Assembly: GCA_951406725.2 (NCBI GenBank)
Contig: OX597832.1
Coordinates: forward strand, 71,176,001 to 71,240,000
Source: Octopus vulgaris
Taxonomy: Eukaryota
Reading direction: 5' to 3'
DNA length: 64,000 bases
Under the pieces are notes generated by a model, which had not been told where the DNA came from, searched no databases, and saw only the letters and a list, made by a program, of their open reading frames with translations. The position numbers and the translations under genes were made by a program. Every line of letters begins with the position of its first letter. The first letter of the stretch is position 1. Positions 26,538 through 39,502 of the stretch are shown one piece after another.

Positions 26538-27766
26538 GGATCTTTTCCTTTTGAACGGCACTTTGTAACATAATTTCTAGGTAACTAAAAAGTTTAAAAC
26601 TTCGTATACTGGTAGAATGTGTTTATAAAACATCATTTTCTCTTGGCTTTATTGAGAAAATTCTATAGGTTGTAACATACTTCGTCTTTAATTTCGAGCA
26701 TTTCGGCAATTTTAACCAATCGCTGACGTCCATTTAGGTAAATAACATTCTATGCATAATGAATATGTCCCTCATTTAAGAAACAGATTGGGTTTATTTA
26801 CATTTGTGAAGAAAAAAGATACCCTTCCCCAACCCCTAACCCTAACCCTAATTAACCCTAAATCTAAAATAGATTGAAATGCAATAGATCGATACTAGGG
26901 CCATAATTATAGGTGACATTTTCATTTGACACCGCTAGAAAAAAAAATCCCATTTTCCGTAGCGGTGTCGTATGAAATTGTTATCGTGCATTTTTCGTCA
27001 AGGATCAAGTGTCGAAGAAAAACTTCATGGTGGGCACTGGTTCTTGTTGCAGCATTTGGCCTTTGCGTCTCACAACCGACAGGCCAAAACGATCTAACGT
27101 TACATTGCACGCTATTGATTCGTCACCAATAGCCACATTCGGTCAGATCTCTTTACGCCTTGACATTAATCTTCGTCGAGACTTTCAATGGGTTTTTATC
27201 ATTGCTGACATTCAGCATCCTATTTTAGGTGCGGATTTTCTAAGTAATTTTGATTTATTGGTAGATGTCAGACGTCGGAGGCTAGTCGATACTTCGACTA
27301 CACTCTCCACGCCGACCAGAGAATCTACCGATTCAGCTCTTAGCCCGACATTTTTTGTTTCTACATCTGGAGACGTTTTTCACTCTCTTTTGGCCTCTTT
27401 TCCAGAGCTACTTGATGTTACCTTTAAAGTGGCAAAGCCATTACACTCGACACTCCATTTTATTACAACAACTGGACCGCCTGTTTTTTCGCGACCACGG
27501 CGTCTTGCACCTGACCGACTTAAAACTGCTAGGGCTGAGTTTGAGCATATGCTTGGGATTTAACTATTGCTACTGGATTGTTGTAAGAATGGATACCAGT
27601 ATACCATCGTGTTTCATTTTTGTATAAGAGAATAAAGAATCATATATTTCTAAACTTGCTTTTCGTTCCTTGACTGGTAGATTCTGGAAAATAAAGAACG
27701 GAAATTGTGTTGCACCTGAGTTGCACCCCAAAAGTGTAAGAAGCAACGAGTTCCCGTTACAGATCC
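26538..27766. mobile_element. Merlin-like non-autonomous DNA transposon with disrupted right end
   Basis: 8-bp direct repeat GAATGAAC at 26530-26537 and 27767-27774; termini GGATCT...AGATCC; internal (TAACCC)n at ~26830-26860. Confidence 0.7.
26980..27761 (+). mobile_element. Deleted CsRn1-clade remnant: protease/RT-start fragment fused to the distal ~200 bp of an LTR
   Basis: ORF 27009-27563 is nearly identical to pol at ~54560-55130 (catalytic DTG changed to GTG). 27560-27761 resembles the LTR end of 51158-51760 in reverse and ends ..TTACA. Confidence 0.88.
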
Positions 27767-28964
27767 GAATGAACGAATAAAGTGATAGATAAACGAAACA
27801 AAACCAGAAAAAAACCTCATGCGACGATAGGGTGGGAGCGATTGTAGGTATGAACGAGGACAACCGAAGTAATAAATTCTGAAGGATTTCCTGGTCGAGA
27901 ATTGTGGGCAATTACCAAAAGTCCTTAGCCTGGTGTGCTGCAGGTTAGAATCTGCCTGTTCAGGATAAAATCTACAATCATTGCCATGTTGAAGCTGCCA
28001 GTAACTCAGCTTGTCCATAATGAACGCGGAGTAGCAAAACCGCCTGCACATTTGCAGTATCTTTTTATTGTTGATTGATGGATTTGTGTCAAACTTTTGT
28101 TGGCATGTCCCCGGGCACCTCCAGTCGCGGCTATCGTAAAAATTAATCTACCGTCTTCTTTAGCAAGGAAATACTTCCTGTCTCTAGTAATGCAAGTTGT
28201 ATGGTGGGTTCGGTTAAAAATTTTGAGGTTAATAACGTTGGCGGTACCCGCTTGCAACTGTAGGAAATCTGAACGAGAATAGTGAAGCTAGTGTGGCTAA
28301 ATAAGCCTGCTTTAAGTTTGTGGGAGTAACAAAAAGAAAGATAAAAGACACTTCTCTTTAGATGTTAATGTAACCTGTGGTTACGTGGGTTTTTCCTGAA
28401 ACACAATGCGTTTACCCCTTCCCAAATTTTTTACATGGGATTCAGTGATCCTTCCTTGTTATTGTGTTGTCGTATATTGTTATTGCTAGTTATTGTTATC
28501 GTTTCATATATGTAGCTAGGCGCACTCCCAGGAATTTTCCGAAGGAAGAGCACAAGGTCAGAAGGGAATACAATTCCAGGGCTTAATAACAGTATTTAGA
28601 TGGGCGCATTTCTTTTCTTGAGGGGGGAGGGGCATGTACCCCTCAGGCCACCCCCCACCTTGGGTCCGCCCCAGGTAGCTATTTATTCATTCATTAATGT
28701 CTCACATTTTTAATCGAAATCAACCCCAAGTTTTCTAGTTCCTTTCTCCGACGTCATGGGCCTTTGTAGCTAGTAAAATATCATCGTTATTATTACTACG
28801 TTTTTCTTTTCTCCCTTTTCTATATTGTAATGACTAAAAACTGACGTTTTTGGTTAGTGATAGGGAGAAATATAAATAGTAATATATACACTGAACATAC
28901 TAAATCAATCGATCGCGATGGAATTTTATTTGAAGTTATTCGCTGTGTTATTATTGTATATTAC

Positions 28965-29145
28965 TTAAGCTGCTCAGCTAACAGAATTGTTTGCGCGTCG
29001 GACAAAATGTGTAGTGGCATTTCTTCCGGCTCTTAATGTTCTAAGTTCAGATAACACCGAGGTCAACTTTGCTTTTGAACCTTTCGGAATCAATAAAATA
29101 TAATACCAGTCAGTACTGGGGTCGATAAAATCGACTAAACCCCAC
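28965..29145 (+). mobile_element. tRNA-derived SINE interrupted by a Gypsy element (continues at ~34466-34497)
   Basis: gaggtcaactttgcttttgaacctttcgg..taccagtcagtactggggtcgataaaatcgact; same family as 34525-34740. Confidence 0.75.
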
Positions 29146-29421
29146 TGTTATGCATCGTTTCGTTCTTGATAGACAACTCAATGAAGGCATTGTTATCGTT
29201 TTACGTGTTTATTTTGCTTAACCTGTTTTTACGAACTGTCAAAATACAGCGGAGTGATACGCATTATGCTTTAGACACTGTTTACTAACAAATAGTGCCA
29301 AAAGTGGGGATGTGTTCTACACACGTATACCTACGTATACACATAGATATGAATGTGTAACATCCCTTCTTCTTGAAAAAAATAAAGGGGTCTTTTGGCA
29401 GTGAAGAAAAAATATAAGTAG

Positions 29422-29977
29422 TGTAAGGAATATGTGAATATCTCCTCTTGCACTTTTGGGGTGCAAGTTGGTGCAATCACTTTCCGTTGCTTTTATATCC
29501 AGACTCTACCAGTCAAAGAAACACAAAACGCAGACGTAAAAAATAGATATACTTTATTGTTTTATACCGGTGAGAAATCAGTGGTATATCTGATGTCCTT
29601 GGTTCTGGGCGCGCAAGGCTGAAAGTTAATCGATTGTAATATTTACAATGTTCAGCCGCTAAAAACAGAACGGCTCAAAAATGGCGTCCGGAGGAAGAAG
29701 ATGATGTCTGCAACAATTCAGGTTAAAAGTCTTCGGCCAAAAGACTGCTGCTATCAAAACCGGAGAGAGAGCGAATTAAACGTCTGCTTCTATGAAAAGC
29801 CTGCCGCTGTCTGTCGGACGCTAATGGTCAACACTTTACGCTCCCTTGCCTCTTTGTTAAGGCTCGCTTTCCCTTGCCTCTATAAGCTAAGGCCACGTCA
29901 GCAAAATTCCCTCTTTCGGACTTCGTGTATTCGCGAGAGGGCGTTGCGCGCGCGCGCTGTTGTATAGGATCACTACA
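29422..29977 (-). mobile_element. Solo LTR of the CsRn1-clade family, nested in the 3' UTR of the tRNA-Leu Gypsy element
   Basis: TGTAAGG...CACTACA, near-identical to 51158-51760; 4-bp TSD GTAG on both sides. Confidence 0.95.
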
Positions 29978-30089
29978 GTAGTCTCCCTTACTCTAATGGA
30001 TTGTCAGCGCAAGGGTAGCAATCCTGTAGCAGAAACCGTGAGATTATTCTGCCCACTCACGTGGTTTTCTGCTTTGTAATCTAGCAGAA

Positions 30090-33000
30090 TTAGTTATCTA
30101 TCTTTTCTTTTTCTTTTTTTTTTTTCTCTTTAACGGTCTCGAACCGGTGGTAAAATGTTCGATCTCCATCTGGTGGATTTTGTGCTCCGCACTGGTGTCT
30201 GAGGTGTGTTGTTGGGCTGTTGATGAGTGGTTGGGGTGATGATTCTGTGGGTGTTGTCACTGATGCGGCAGGTGTTGTACACGTTATGCTCGACAGCTTT
30301 GGTGTCGGGCGGATGTGGACCCTGTTGCGTCTCAGCTGCCTACCAGATTCCGTTTCTATAATATACGATCTTGGAGTTTCAGCTCCACTGACAACTTGTG
30401 CTGGGATCCATGTTTTGGTTATAGGATCTTGAGTATGCACATGTCCTCCAAGTATCTCAGGTATTATGCATGTTTGTTGTAATATTTCTGTGATTGTTCT
30501 TGAGTGGCTGCTAGCTTTGCCCTTGTCTCTTCCTGGTCAATAGGAGGTTGGATCTTAGTTGGCAGGGTGGTTTTGTACTTCCTGCCATTCAGCATTTCTG
30601 CTGGGGATTTCATGTCAGCCCTCAGTGGTGTCGCTCGCAGGGACAGAAGTGCCAGGTGTGGGTCTTCCTTAGTCTCTCGGCATTTGACTAGTGTTCTCTT
30701 CACTGTCTGCACCTGTCTTTCTATATAAATCCATGACCTTTGGGGTAGTGTGGAGATGAGGTTGTAATATTGAACCCATACTCATCGGCTAGCTTTTTGA
30801 ATTCTTGAGATGTGAACTGGGTTCCATTGTCACATATGATCTGCTCTGGTATTCCTTGCTCTTCTAGAAGTCCTCGAGCCACTGTAGTGATTGTTTTGGC
30901 TGTCAGGTCTTTCACTTTTCTCACAAATGGAAATTTGGAGTAGTAGCAGACCATTATCAAATACCATTCTTGGCTCTCTGTGAACAGATCTACTACAACA
31001 GCTTGCCATGGCCTTGTTGGGATGTCACTGGATATCATTTCCTCCTTTCGTTGTGAGTTTCTGTACTTTTGACAGATGTGGCATGTAGAAGCTGTCTTTT
31101 CTATGTCTTTGTACATGCCTACCCAATATACAGCTGACTTCGCTCGGAGCTTGCATTTCTCCATTCCTAGATGCCCTAGGTGGATCTTGTCAAGAATCTC
31201 TTTTTGCATTGACTTGGGTATAATTATTCGGGATCCAGCCATCAGGATTCCATTCTCCACTGATATATCATCATGGATGGCCCAATATTCATGAATGAGG
31301 GGCTGCACCTGATGTCTCTTCTCTGGCCACCTCTGAATCACCATCTGAGTAAGGAGCTGGAGTTCATCTTTACTGGTCTCCTCTTTGATTTGTGCTAACT
31401 GTGTGTTTCTTACAATTACAATGTGGTGGACCTTTATACTTAGTCCTTCCATCTCCTGCTTATCATGTGAGGATAGTCTGGAAAGAGCATCCGCCAATAT
31501 CAGGTCCTTTCCTGGCTTGTACCTGATATCGTAGTCGTACTTTTGGCGCCTCAACAGTAATCTTTGCAGTTTGGCTGGTGCTTTCGTGAGGTTTTTTCTG
31601 TGTATTTGTCTGATTCAATATTGAATTATCTGCCATACAGGTATGTATGGAACTTTTCACATCCACATACTACTGCCAGGAGTTCCCTTTCAATATTTGC
31701 ATACCTTGTCTCTGTGGGTGAGAGAGCTTTCGAGGTATATGCAATGGGTTTACCTTCCTGTATTAATGCTGCGCCAATTCCTATCATAGAAGCATCGACT
31801 TGGAGTGTTACTGGTTTGCGTCTGTCATAGTACTGCAGAGTTGTTTCCTTACTGATGAGTTTTTTTATTGCTTTGAAATCTTGTGTGTGTGAAGCACACC
31901 AATCAAACTCTACATCATCTTTGTTTAGTTCTCGGAGATTTGCAGTGAGATCGGCCAGCTTGGGTATGAAGGCTCCCATGTAGTGGATGAGTCCCAGGAA
32001 GCTCCTGAGTTCCTTCTTGTCTTTGGTTTTTTTTGATGTCTCTGATGGCTTCCACTTTAGCGGGGTCTGGTTTCACTCCCACTGCAGAGTATATAATTCC
32101 AAAGAATTTGCACTCCTTTGCTTTTATCACACACATGCATTGAGTTTGATAGCTGCTTGTCGGGTTTTCTCCATGGTTTCATGTAAACTGAAGTGATGCG
32201 TGATCTCATCCTTGCCATGCACTTGGATGTCGTCTGCTATCCCAATTGCTCCCTTGCAGCCTTGGTAGGTCTCATCTATTTGGCGCTGGAAAATATCTTG
32301 GCTCACCTTCAATCCAAATGGGAGTCGGATGAATTAGTATCTGCCAAATGGTGTGTTGAAGGTAGTGAGCATGGAGGATTCCTTGTCCATCTTTACATTC
32401 CAGTACGCATTACTGGCATTCAGTTTGCTGAATATCTTGGATCCAGCTAATGATGGTGTGATTTCTTCAAGGGTTGGAATTAGATGGTACTCTCCTTTTA
32501 ATGCCTTGTTCAGGTCCCTTGGGTCGAGGCATATCCGTAGGGTACCATTGGGTTTTTCTTTGATTACAATTGAGTTCACCCAGTCTGTTGGTCGTGTCAC
32601 TTTGGTGATTATTTCTTTTTTTTTTCCATTCTGTCCAACTCTGCCTTCAGCTTCTCTTTTAGTTCTAGAGGAACGCGGTGAGGTGGGTGAACAATTGGTT
32701 TGGTATTGGGGTCGACTGTTATATGGTATCGACATTTCACAAAACACTCGACTGTATCGTCAAAGCATTCTGGGTACATGCTTATCAGTTCTTCTTTATT
32801 TGTGATTGGTGGTCGGTCTTTGATAGGCATATCTCTGTCAATCCTGCTCGGAGCTGCCTTCACTTCACTATTGATTGACACAATATTAAGCTTTTGACAG
32901 GTATTAAGTCCAAGAAATGCTGGTCCTTCTGTTCTTGTGACATAAAAAGAACACTTGATTGTCTTTCCTTTGTGTGTCCCTGTGATTGTTGTTTTGCTCA

Positions 33001-34110
33001 GTTATGGAATCCTGGTACCTCCGTACGCAGTGAGGATTACATCACTTCGTGTGAGGATTCCTTCTTTGACTTTATCCTCTGGGAATATCTTTTTGTAGAG
33101 ATTGACAGGCAAGATATCACTCTGGGCTCCAGTGTCAATCTTTAGCCTTAAAGTAATGTTTATTTGTTTCTTGCCTGATTTCTTTTGTATTCATATAATT
33201 GTGTATGCCTCATTTTTTTTCTGGTCGTCATTTCCCATCTCATGCACATTTATTGTGCCGACTGTCAAGAATTCCTCCTCTGAGGTGTTTTGTTCCTGTT
33301 GTTGTGCAAGTATATCTCTTTGTTTTCTATTTCCGCTCCTCTTTGAAAATTGGGGCTTTTATTGCTGAGATTTTGTTAGTCTACATATTTTCCCCCAGTG
33401 GTTGGGTTTTCCACATGCTTTGCAGTGTGTACCGAATGCAGGACATTTCTTCCGGTTATTGAACTCATGCTCCGTACCACAGTACTGGCATATTCTTTGC
33501 GGGTATGTTTCGTCCTATGTCTAGATACAATATCCACACTGCTGCTTATTATGTTTGTTTGTTTGTAAAGTAAGGCCATTTGTTTGGTAGTGGCTTCGAA
33601 TGCTCTTCCAGTGTCAACTGCTTCCATTAACTGGAGAGCGTCCTTACCTATGAGGGATTTCTGGACTTCCTTATTAGCACACCCCCATATTAGTTGATCA
33701 ACAATCCTTTCGTCCCTGTCTTTGAATTTGCATTTCTCGGCAACATTCTTCAGTCTAGACAGGAAGTTGTCAATCGTTTCTTGTGGGGTCTTGTTTCAGG
33801 CCCTGGAATTCGTATCTATGAATTCTATGGTTTGATCTGGGCTCTAGGTGCCTTTCAAATTTCTCTAAAAGTGTGTCTGGGTTATTGCAATCCTATTCTT
33901 ACATGTCCCAGCTATTGAATAGGTCTAGGCCCTTCTCTCCCGTCCATAAAATGATGTAGCTTACCTTTTCATCGGCAGTTGTACATTTCAGGAAGCTTTT
34001 GAAAGCCAGTTGAGTTTTCTGTTTGAAATTCTTGAACGCTTCCACGTATCATCGGTGTCCCAGTTCATGGTCGGATGTAGATTCATCTGTATGGCGACCG
34101 GAGTCGCCAT
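30090..34110 (-). pseudogene. gag-pol of the tRNA-Leu Gypsy element (PR-RT-RNaseH-IN), many frameshifts
   Basis: IDTGAQ (protease); LRICLDPRDLN, TTFNTPFGRY, IADDI (RT); LQVDAS, IERELLAVV (RNase H); HLGHLG..CHIC, CDNGTQF (integrase). Confidence 0.92.
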
Positions 34111-34524
34111 TTTGGATCCTCGTATGTGTGTGTTCGAAAACGAAGCGATATTCAGTTTGTTAAATTTCTGGTTTGTTGCGTTCCTGTTTTATTGTAAAGG
34201 CACAGTTTCCGATTACTTATTTACCGCTGCCACCATGTTATGCATTGTTTCGTTCTTGATGGGATGATAGACAACTCAATGAAGGCATTGTTATTGTTTT
34301 ACGAGTTTATTTTGCTTAACCTGTTTTTACGAACTGTCAAAACACAGCGGAGTGATAAGCATTATGCTTTAGACACTGTTTACTAACAAATAGTGCCAAA
34401 AGTGGGGATGTGTTCTACACACGTATACCTACGTATACACATAGATATGAATGTGTAACACCCACCCTCAAAGACTCAGGGCCAAAATTTGAAGCAGTTA
34501 TATTAATATTTTAATTTGTTGTTA

Positions 34525-34740
34525 AGGCGGTGAACCGGCAAAATCGTTTACACACCGGACAAAGTGCTTAGCAGCATTTCGTCCGTCTTTACGTTCTGAG
34601 TTCAAATTCCTCCGAGGTTGACTTTGCCTTTCATCTTTTTGGGGTTCCATAAAATAAGTAACAGTTGAGTAATGGGGTCAATGTAGTCAACTGATCTCCG
34701 ACCCCGAAATTACTAGCCTTGTGCCAAAATTGAAAACCAT
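34525..34740 (+). mobile_element. tRNA-derived SINE
   Basis: ggcggtgaaccggca..gagttcaaattcc..gactttgcctttcatc..gccttgtgccaaaattgaaa. Confidence 0.85.
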
Positions 34741-34748
34741 TGTTTTAA

Positions 34749-34799
<51 letters not shown>

Positions 34800-35021
34800 A
34801 CTTGTTGACTCGTTCAGGGGTAAAAAAAAGTCGCTTAAAGAATTCTCAAAATATGGCGGTGGAAATTCATTTTTTATTTTGGATATTGTTTCAAATAGGA
34901 ACTATTATTAAACATTTTGGAATGTCTATCCGATACTGGAACTAGAAAACAAGATCAGCTTTAGTTTTTGATTTTTCCATTTTTATTCACCGTGTAGCTC
35001 AAAGGCAATAGTAACTCTAAG

Positions 35022-35022
<1 letters not shown>

Positions 35023-35092
<70 letters not shown>
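35023..35092. repeat. (TAA)n microsatellite at the 3' end of the Tx1-like LINE
   Basis: Perfect taa repeats next to the LINE AATAAA end. Confidence 0.9.
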
Positions 35093-35341
35093 TCGTTCGT
35101 TTATTGGCCACAAGGGCTAACAAAAATCAATTAAAACATAAAGGGTCAAAACACAGGACGAAAGTTTTGAAAAAGTCCGTGTACAAAAGCAGGATAACAA
35201 CGAAATGTAAGTAACAATTAAAACTCCCAATAGGGGAGGCGCTTCCAAAGGTTACTCGTGGAAAAACCCATAAAAGCCACGGGAGCCTGGTCAAAAGTGG
35301 AGTAGAGAGCCCCTTTCTCCTTTTATATTTCCTTTTAATTT

Positions 35342-38300
35342 TCACAGGTGTATCCTCAGAATTGGTCCGTTCATACTGGCCATTCTTGCGACATTCACCC
35401 ACCTTTCAATAAACTTGCTACCAGACATCACTTCCCTCTCTACTCTCATCTTCCTTTTCAAGTGAAACTTGAAAAAGCTGATGAGGCCTTGGCCAAAGAG
35501 GAAAGTGTCTGACCTTAGCCCTTTCAAACGGGTCCACCATATCACCTCTTTCGCTACAGCCACGGCGGGGCAATCCTCACTATGGATTCAGCTGATAGCC
35601 GGATCCGTCCTATACGCGACAGTAGCTGTTTAACATAAACCCATAGTTCAGCAATACTCGGGCACTGGACGAGTGCGTACTGAACGGTTTCGCCATCCAG
35701 GGCGCACCTCGGGCAGGCCCGTCTGACGGCACTTCCGTGTCGGTAGAGTTTATCCCGAACAGGCAGAGTTCCTCGGTAGCACTGCCAGGCGAGGGACCTT
35801 TGGAAATTATCCATTGGCCCCGGCCCGAAAGTTCTCCCGAACAGACTGTTTAGCTCGTTATCGTCAACGCCTAGAGTTTCCCCGAGAACGTCGTCGCATT
35901 TTTCTTCCACTAACCCTCTATAGAACGCTAGAGTGGAACCACTACCGATCGCATTGCCCGCTTGGTGGGGGACGGAGAGAGTTTGACGGCACTCGAGGTG
36001 CCAAGCGCCCTTTCTCGGTCTGCGTTTGATCCAAGACTGCAACTCTGTCAAAGAGACGAGCTGCGGAAAGTCGTGTCTGACAAAAGATGAGCGCACCTGT
36101 TCACCGTCTAGGAAACACTTGAGATGTCGTAGCCTGAGTGCATGTCTGCGCATCAGTAACCACGGCATGCCAAGGCCTCCATTCAGCGGCCGTTGACAGC
36201 AGATGGATCGCCTGACCAGTGGTACCTGACCCTTCCACAAGAAGTCGAAGAACAAGCACACCAGCTTGGCCAACGGTCAATCGGTAATAGATGACGGATG
36301 CGATGTACGCATTCGCCACCTCCGCTCGACCTTTCAGGGACAGCTCCCTCTCGGCCCATTTCTGGGTAAGATTGGCCACCCTGTTCGTCACCTCTTCCCA
36401 GTTTTTATCCACCTGGAGGTCTAGACCGAACCAGACCCCGAGCAGTTTAACGGTCCGTCTGTCCAGCGCCCTACGACACTGTTGGACGGCATGGACTTGC
36501 CTCTCCAGGGGCCCAGTTGTAAGCCCACGGACTTTTCCGCGTTAATCTTTGCACTTGTCACCGCTTCGTACTCGTTTAGTGTCTCACCAATCAGGTCAAT
36601 ATGCCTGTGGCTTGACACCATCACGGTGACGTCGTCGGTATAGGCAGACACGCTGTTTCCACCTCCTAGATCGCGTGGGATACCCCTCAAAGCCTCCAAC
36701 TTGCGCAGTAATGGCTCGAGAGTCAATACGTACAAGAGGGAGGAGAGAGGGCATCCTTGGCGAACCGAACGCGAGATGTCAAACGGCTCCGAAAGGTGGC
36801 CGTTCACCCGTATCACCGAGCAGATGTTGCTGTACAAAGCAGCGATCCACCCGCGGAAGAATGGACCGAAACCGGCTGCCTTGAGAACAGCTGCCAGGTA
36901 TCGAAGGTCGACCCTATCGAAGGCTTTACTCTGATCTTAATTGATCAAAGCCCCACCCGCGCCAGTGTCATTACCCACCCTCTCTATGATGTAGCGCATG
37001 AGATGGAGATTATCGTGTATCGACCTGGTCGGCACGGCGCATATCTGCGCCTTTTCAATCAGCTTGTCCACGACAAGCGCCAATCTCTTGGCTAGCACCT
37101 TGGCCAAAATCTTCAACTCTGCATTGAGCAGAGTGATGGGCCTAAAGTTCCCTATAACGTCCCCCTTGTTTGGGTCCTTTCTCAGCAAATTCTCCCGTTT
37201 TGTTGCCAGTTGCAGTAGACGTTTGCCAAGAGGCCCGCAAACAGGTCTGGCATTGAAGGGTAAAGCTCGTAAGGCAAACCATCCAAACCCAGCGATCTGC
37301 CTCTCGTGCAGCTCTTCATTGCTTCCTCCACTTCCCAGGCAGATATCGGTCTTTCGCAGCCCTCCACCTCGCTGTCCGAGAGTTGCGGTAGGCCGTCCAG
37401 GTACACACCGAAGTCTGTCCCGTTGTCCGTCCCACCGTTCACCCCAAACAGTTTAGCAAAGTGCCGCTGAAACACCGCACACATCTGCTTCGGTTCGGAA
37501 ACCTCGCGCCCGTTCTGGTCCACCAAAGACCGAATGGTCGCTTTGTTGCCACGCTTCGCCTCCACCACGCGGGGCCATCGAGCGGCCTTAGTTCCCTCCC
37601 CGCTTAGCGAACGCGCCTTAGCTCTGACAACGCAGCCTTCGTGTTTGACGTCAAAGTGTTGGACCAAAGCTAGGACCAACCTAGCTGCCAACACGTCGGT
37701 TACGATGCCTGTCTCAAGAGCCTCGTCTAGTTTTCTAACTTAATCCCGCTCTGTTTTCCTACGTTCTACAGCTAGAGCCTTACTAAACCTAATCGACTCT
37801 GCTCTAATTGCTCTCTTGAGAGCAAACCACCAGTTGTTGTTGATGATTGCCCCCGTGAGCGCCCGTTTAACTAATAAACTAATCCGGTCACTGTAGGCTT
37901 TGCACGCCGTTAACGACGCGTTTAGCTTCCAGTAGCCGGGACCCTGTCTATGTAGCCTATCTAAGTCGACCGTACAGATCACGAATTTGTGGTCCGTGTA
38001 GTCGTCTAAGTGGAATTGAGGACACTCTATGCTGTCCTTATCTGCTAGCATACAGAAGACTATATCTAAGTACGGTCTAGACGACCCGATGCGATTAGTC
38101 CAAGTCCACATTGGCACATTCGGGTTGTATAGTCGAAACCTGTCGGACAGCTGAAAGCGCCTGAGCAGGTTGGCGAGGCTCTTGCACCCGCTTCTCCTAT
38201 TAGATGCTACCGTGCCCACCCGATCGAAACGTTCGTCTAAGACAGCGTTCCAATCCCAACTAGCACTAGAGTGCGTGAGGTTCCCAAGAAAACTTCCAGA

Positions 38301-38677
38301 CGCTTGAAATAATCGGACTGCCCTGCTCCTGTCGGAGCGTAGGCAGCCAGCAGTCTGAAAGCACCACCGTCACTACCGTCTACGTCGAGGACCACCAATT
38401 TACCTTCCGGATCCAGGAAGACTGTCCTTATTTTCAAATCCAGGCCCTTCCGAAACAAAACCGCAGTACCACCACCGCCCGCTCCCGGCCGACACGGAGA
38501 TAGAAAAATCTCGTATCCGCCGAAAAGGGCCGCGAGTTCCTGCGGGTCGGAGAGCCTGGTTTCACTAATGGCTGCTATATCCACTCTATGAGACCTCAGG
38601 TCGTTTAACAGGTGACCCTGTTTCCAAGGTGACCCGAGGTCTCTTACATTTATGCTACCGATTCTGAGTTTTGCCTT
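35342..38677 (-). pseudogene. Tx1-like ORF2 (APE endonuclease, RT, C-terminal CxxC), frameshifted
   Basis: SINVR, ISETRL, AYAP, WTW, TDHK, GPGYWKLN, GLDGLPYE, NFRPITLLN, RQGCPLS, YTDDV, INAEKS, GGLGMP, CPRC. Confidence 0.92.
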
Positions 38678-38705
38678 GTTTTAAAAGGTTAAGGAGAAAA
38701 AGGCT

Positions 38706-39471
38706 CTACTTACTGTTGTTGTTTGGTGGGATGGCTCCCTTGTGCTTTTGCACGGGTGTTTCCACCAGGTTTTTGTAGAGTTTTTTGGAGAAATTTCTCC
38801 CTAGCGACCCAACATCGTTTGGGAATTTCTCCTTGATTTTATTATAATTGTCTTGTGTGATTTTAAATGTAAGTATGTGTGCTGGTGGTGTGTTGTGTGT
38901 GGGTATAATAAAATCTGACATTTTTGTGTCTGTGATGTTTTTCAGGTATGTTACTAACTGTTCATTGTTCGTGTTTATTGTTGTAACGGTGTTGGTGGTG
39001 TCTGTGTGTGTTGGTGTGTGTAGCAGTACTGGTGGAGAAGGTGTTGTTAATTGTTGTTGTTGTGAGTGCATGTTGTTGCTGTTGATGTTGGGAAGCTCTA
39101 ATTGTTCGCGCCTCCCCAGTGCGTCATGTGTTTCTTTTTGTTTCTATCTTCTTTTCTTTTTCGGTGGCACTGTGTGCCACTCCCCTTTCTCGCTATCAGT
39201 GCTCGCACAATCCGAGCTGATTTGGTCTGGAAAGGGGACATTTGTTGGGTCTGTTTCCACAGTTTGTCGAAATGGTGTTACATCTGTTGGAAACGGTGCT
39301 GTTATAGTTGTTGGTGTTGGTGACGGTGCCGGTGTTTCTTTTTGGGTGGTCTTTCTTGGTGTTGGTGATGGTTTTGTGGTGGTTGGAGGTGGTGTCGCTC
39401 TTCGTGGTGGTGGTGGTGGTGGTGGTGATGATGGTGTTGGTGGTGCAGAAACTTTTGGTGTCGAAACTTGT

Positions 39472-39502
<31 letters not shown>

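Larger units (their letters stand above)
29146..34460 (-). mobile_element. Ty3/Gypsy LTR retrotransposon (Mag/K02A2.6-like), full length but frameshifted
   Basis: LTRs 29146-29362 and 34236-34460 (TG..CA; about 5 substitutions and an 8-bp indel by eye); 5-bp TSD CCCAC; PBS TGGTGGCAGCGGT (tRNA-Leu-like) at 34223-34235; PPT at ~29363-29374. Confidence 0.93.

Noticed and set aside
26830-26862. (TAACCC)n telomere-like repeats
   Set aside because: Only a few units, internal to a MITE; not a chromosome end or fusion.
27775-28290. Non-repetitive, moderately GC-rich stretch with short ORFs and a possible minus-strand acceptor near 28270
   Set aside because: No recognisable protein in the frames I read; cannot support an exon call.
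28518-28676. Possible Harbinger-like MITE with GC-rich ends
   Set aside because: TIRs too degenerate to define confidently.
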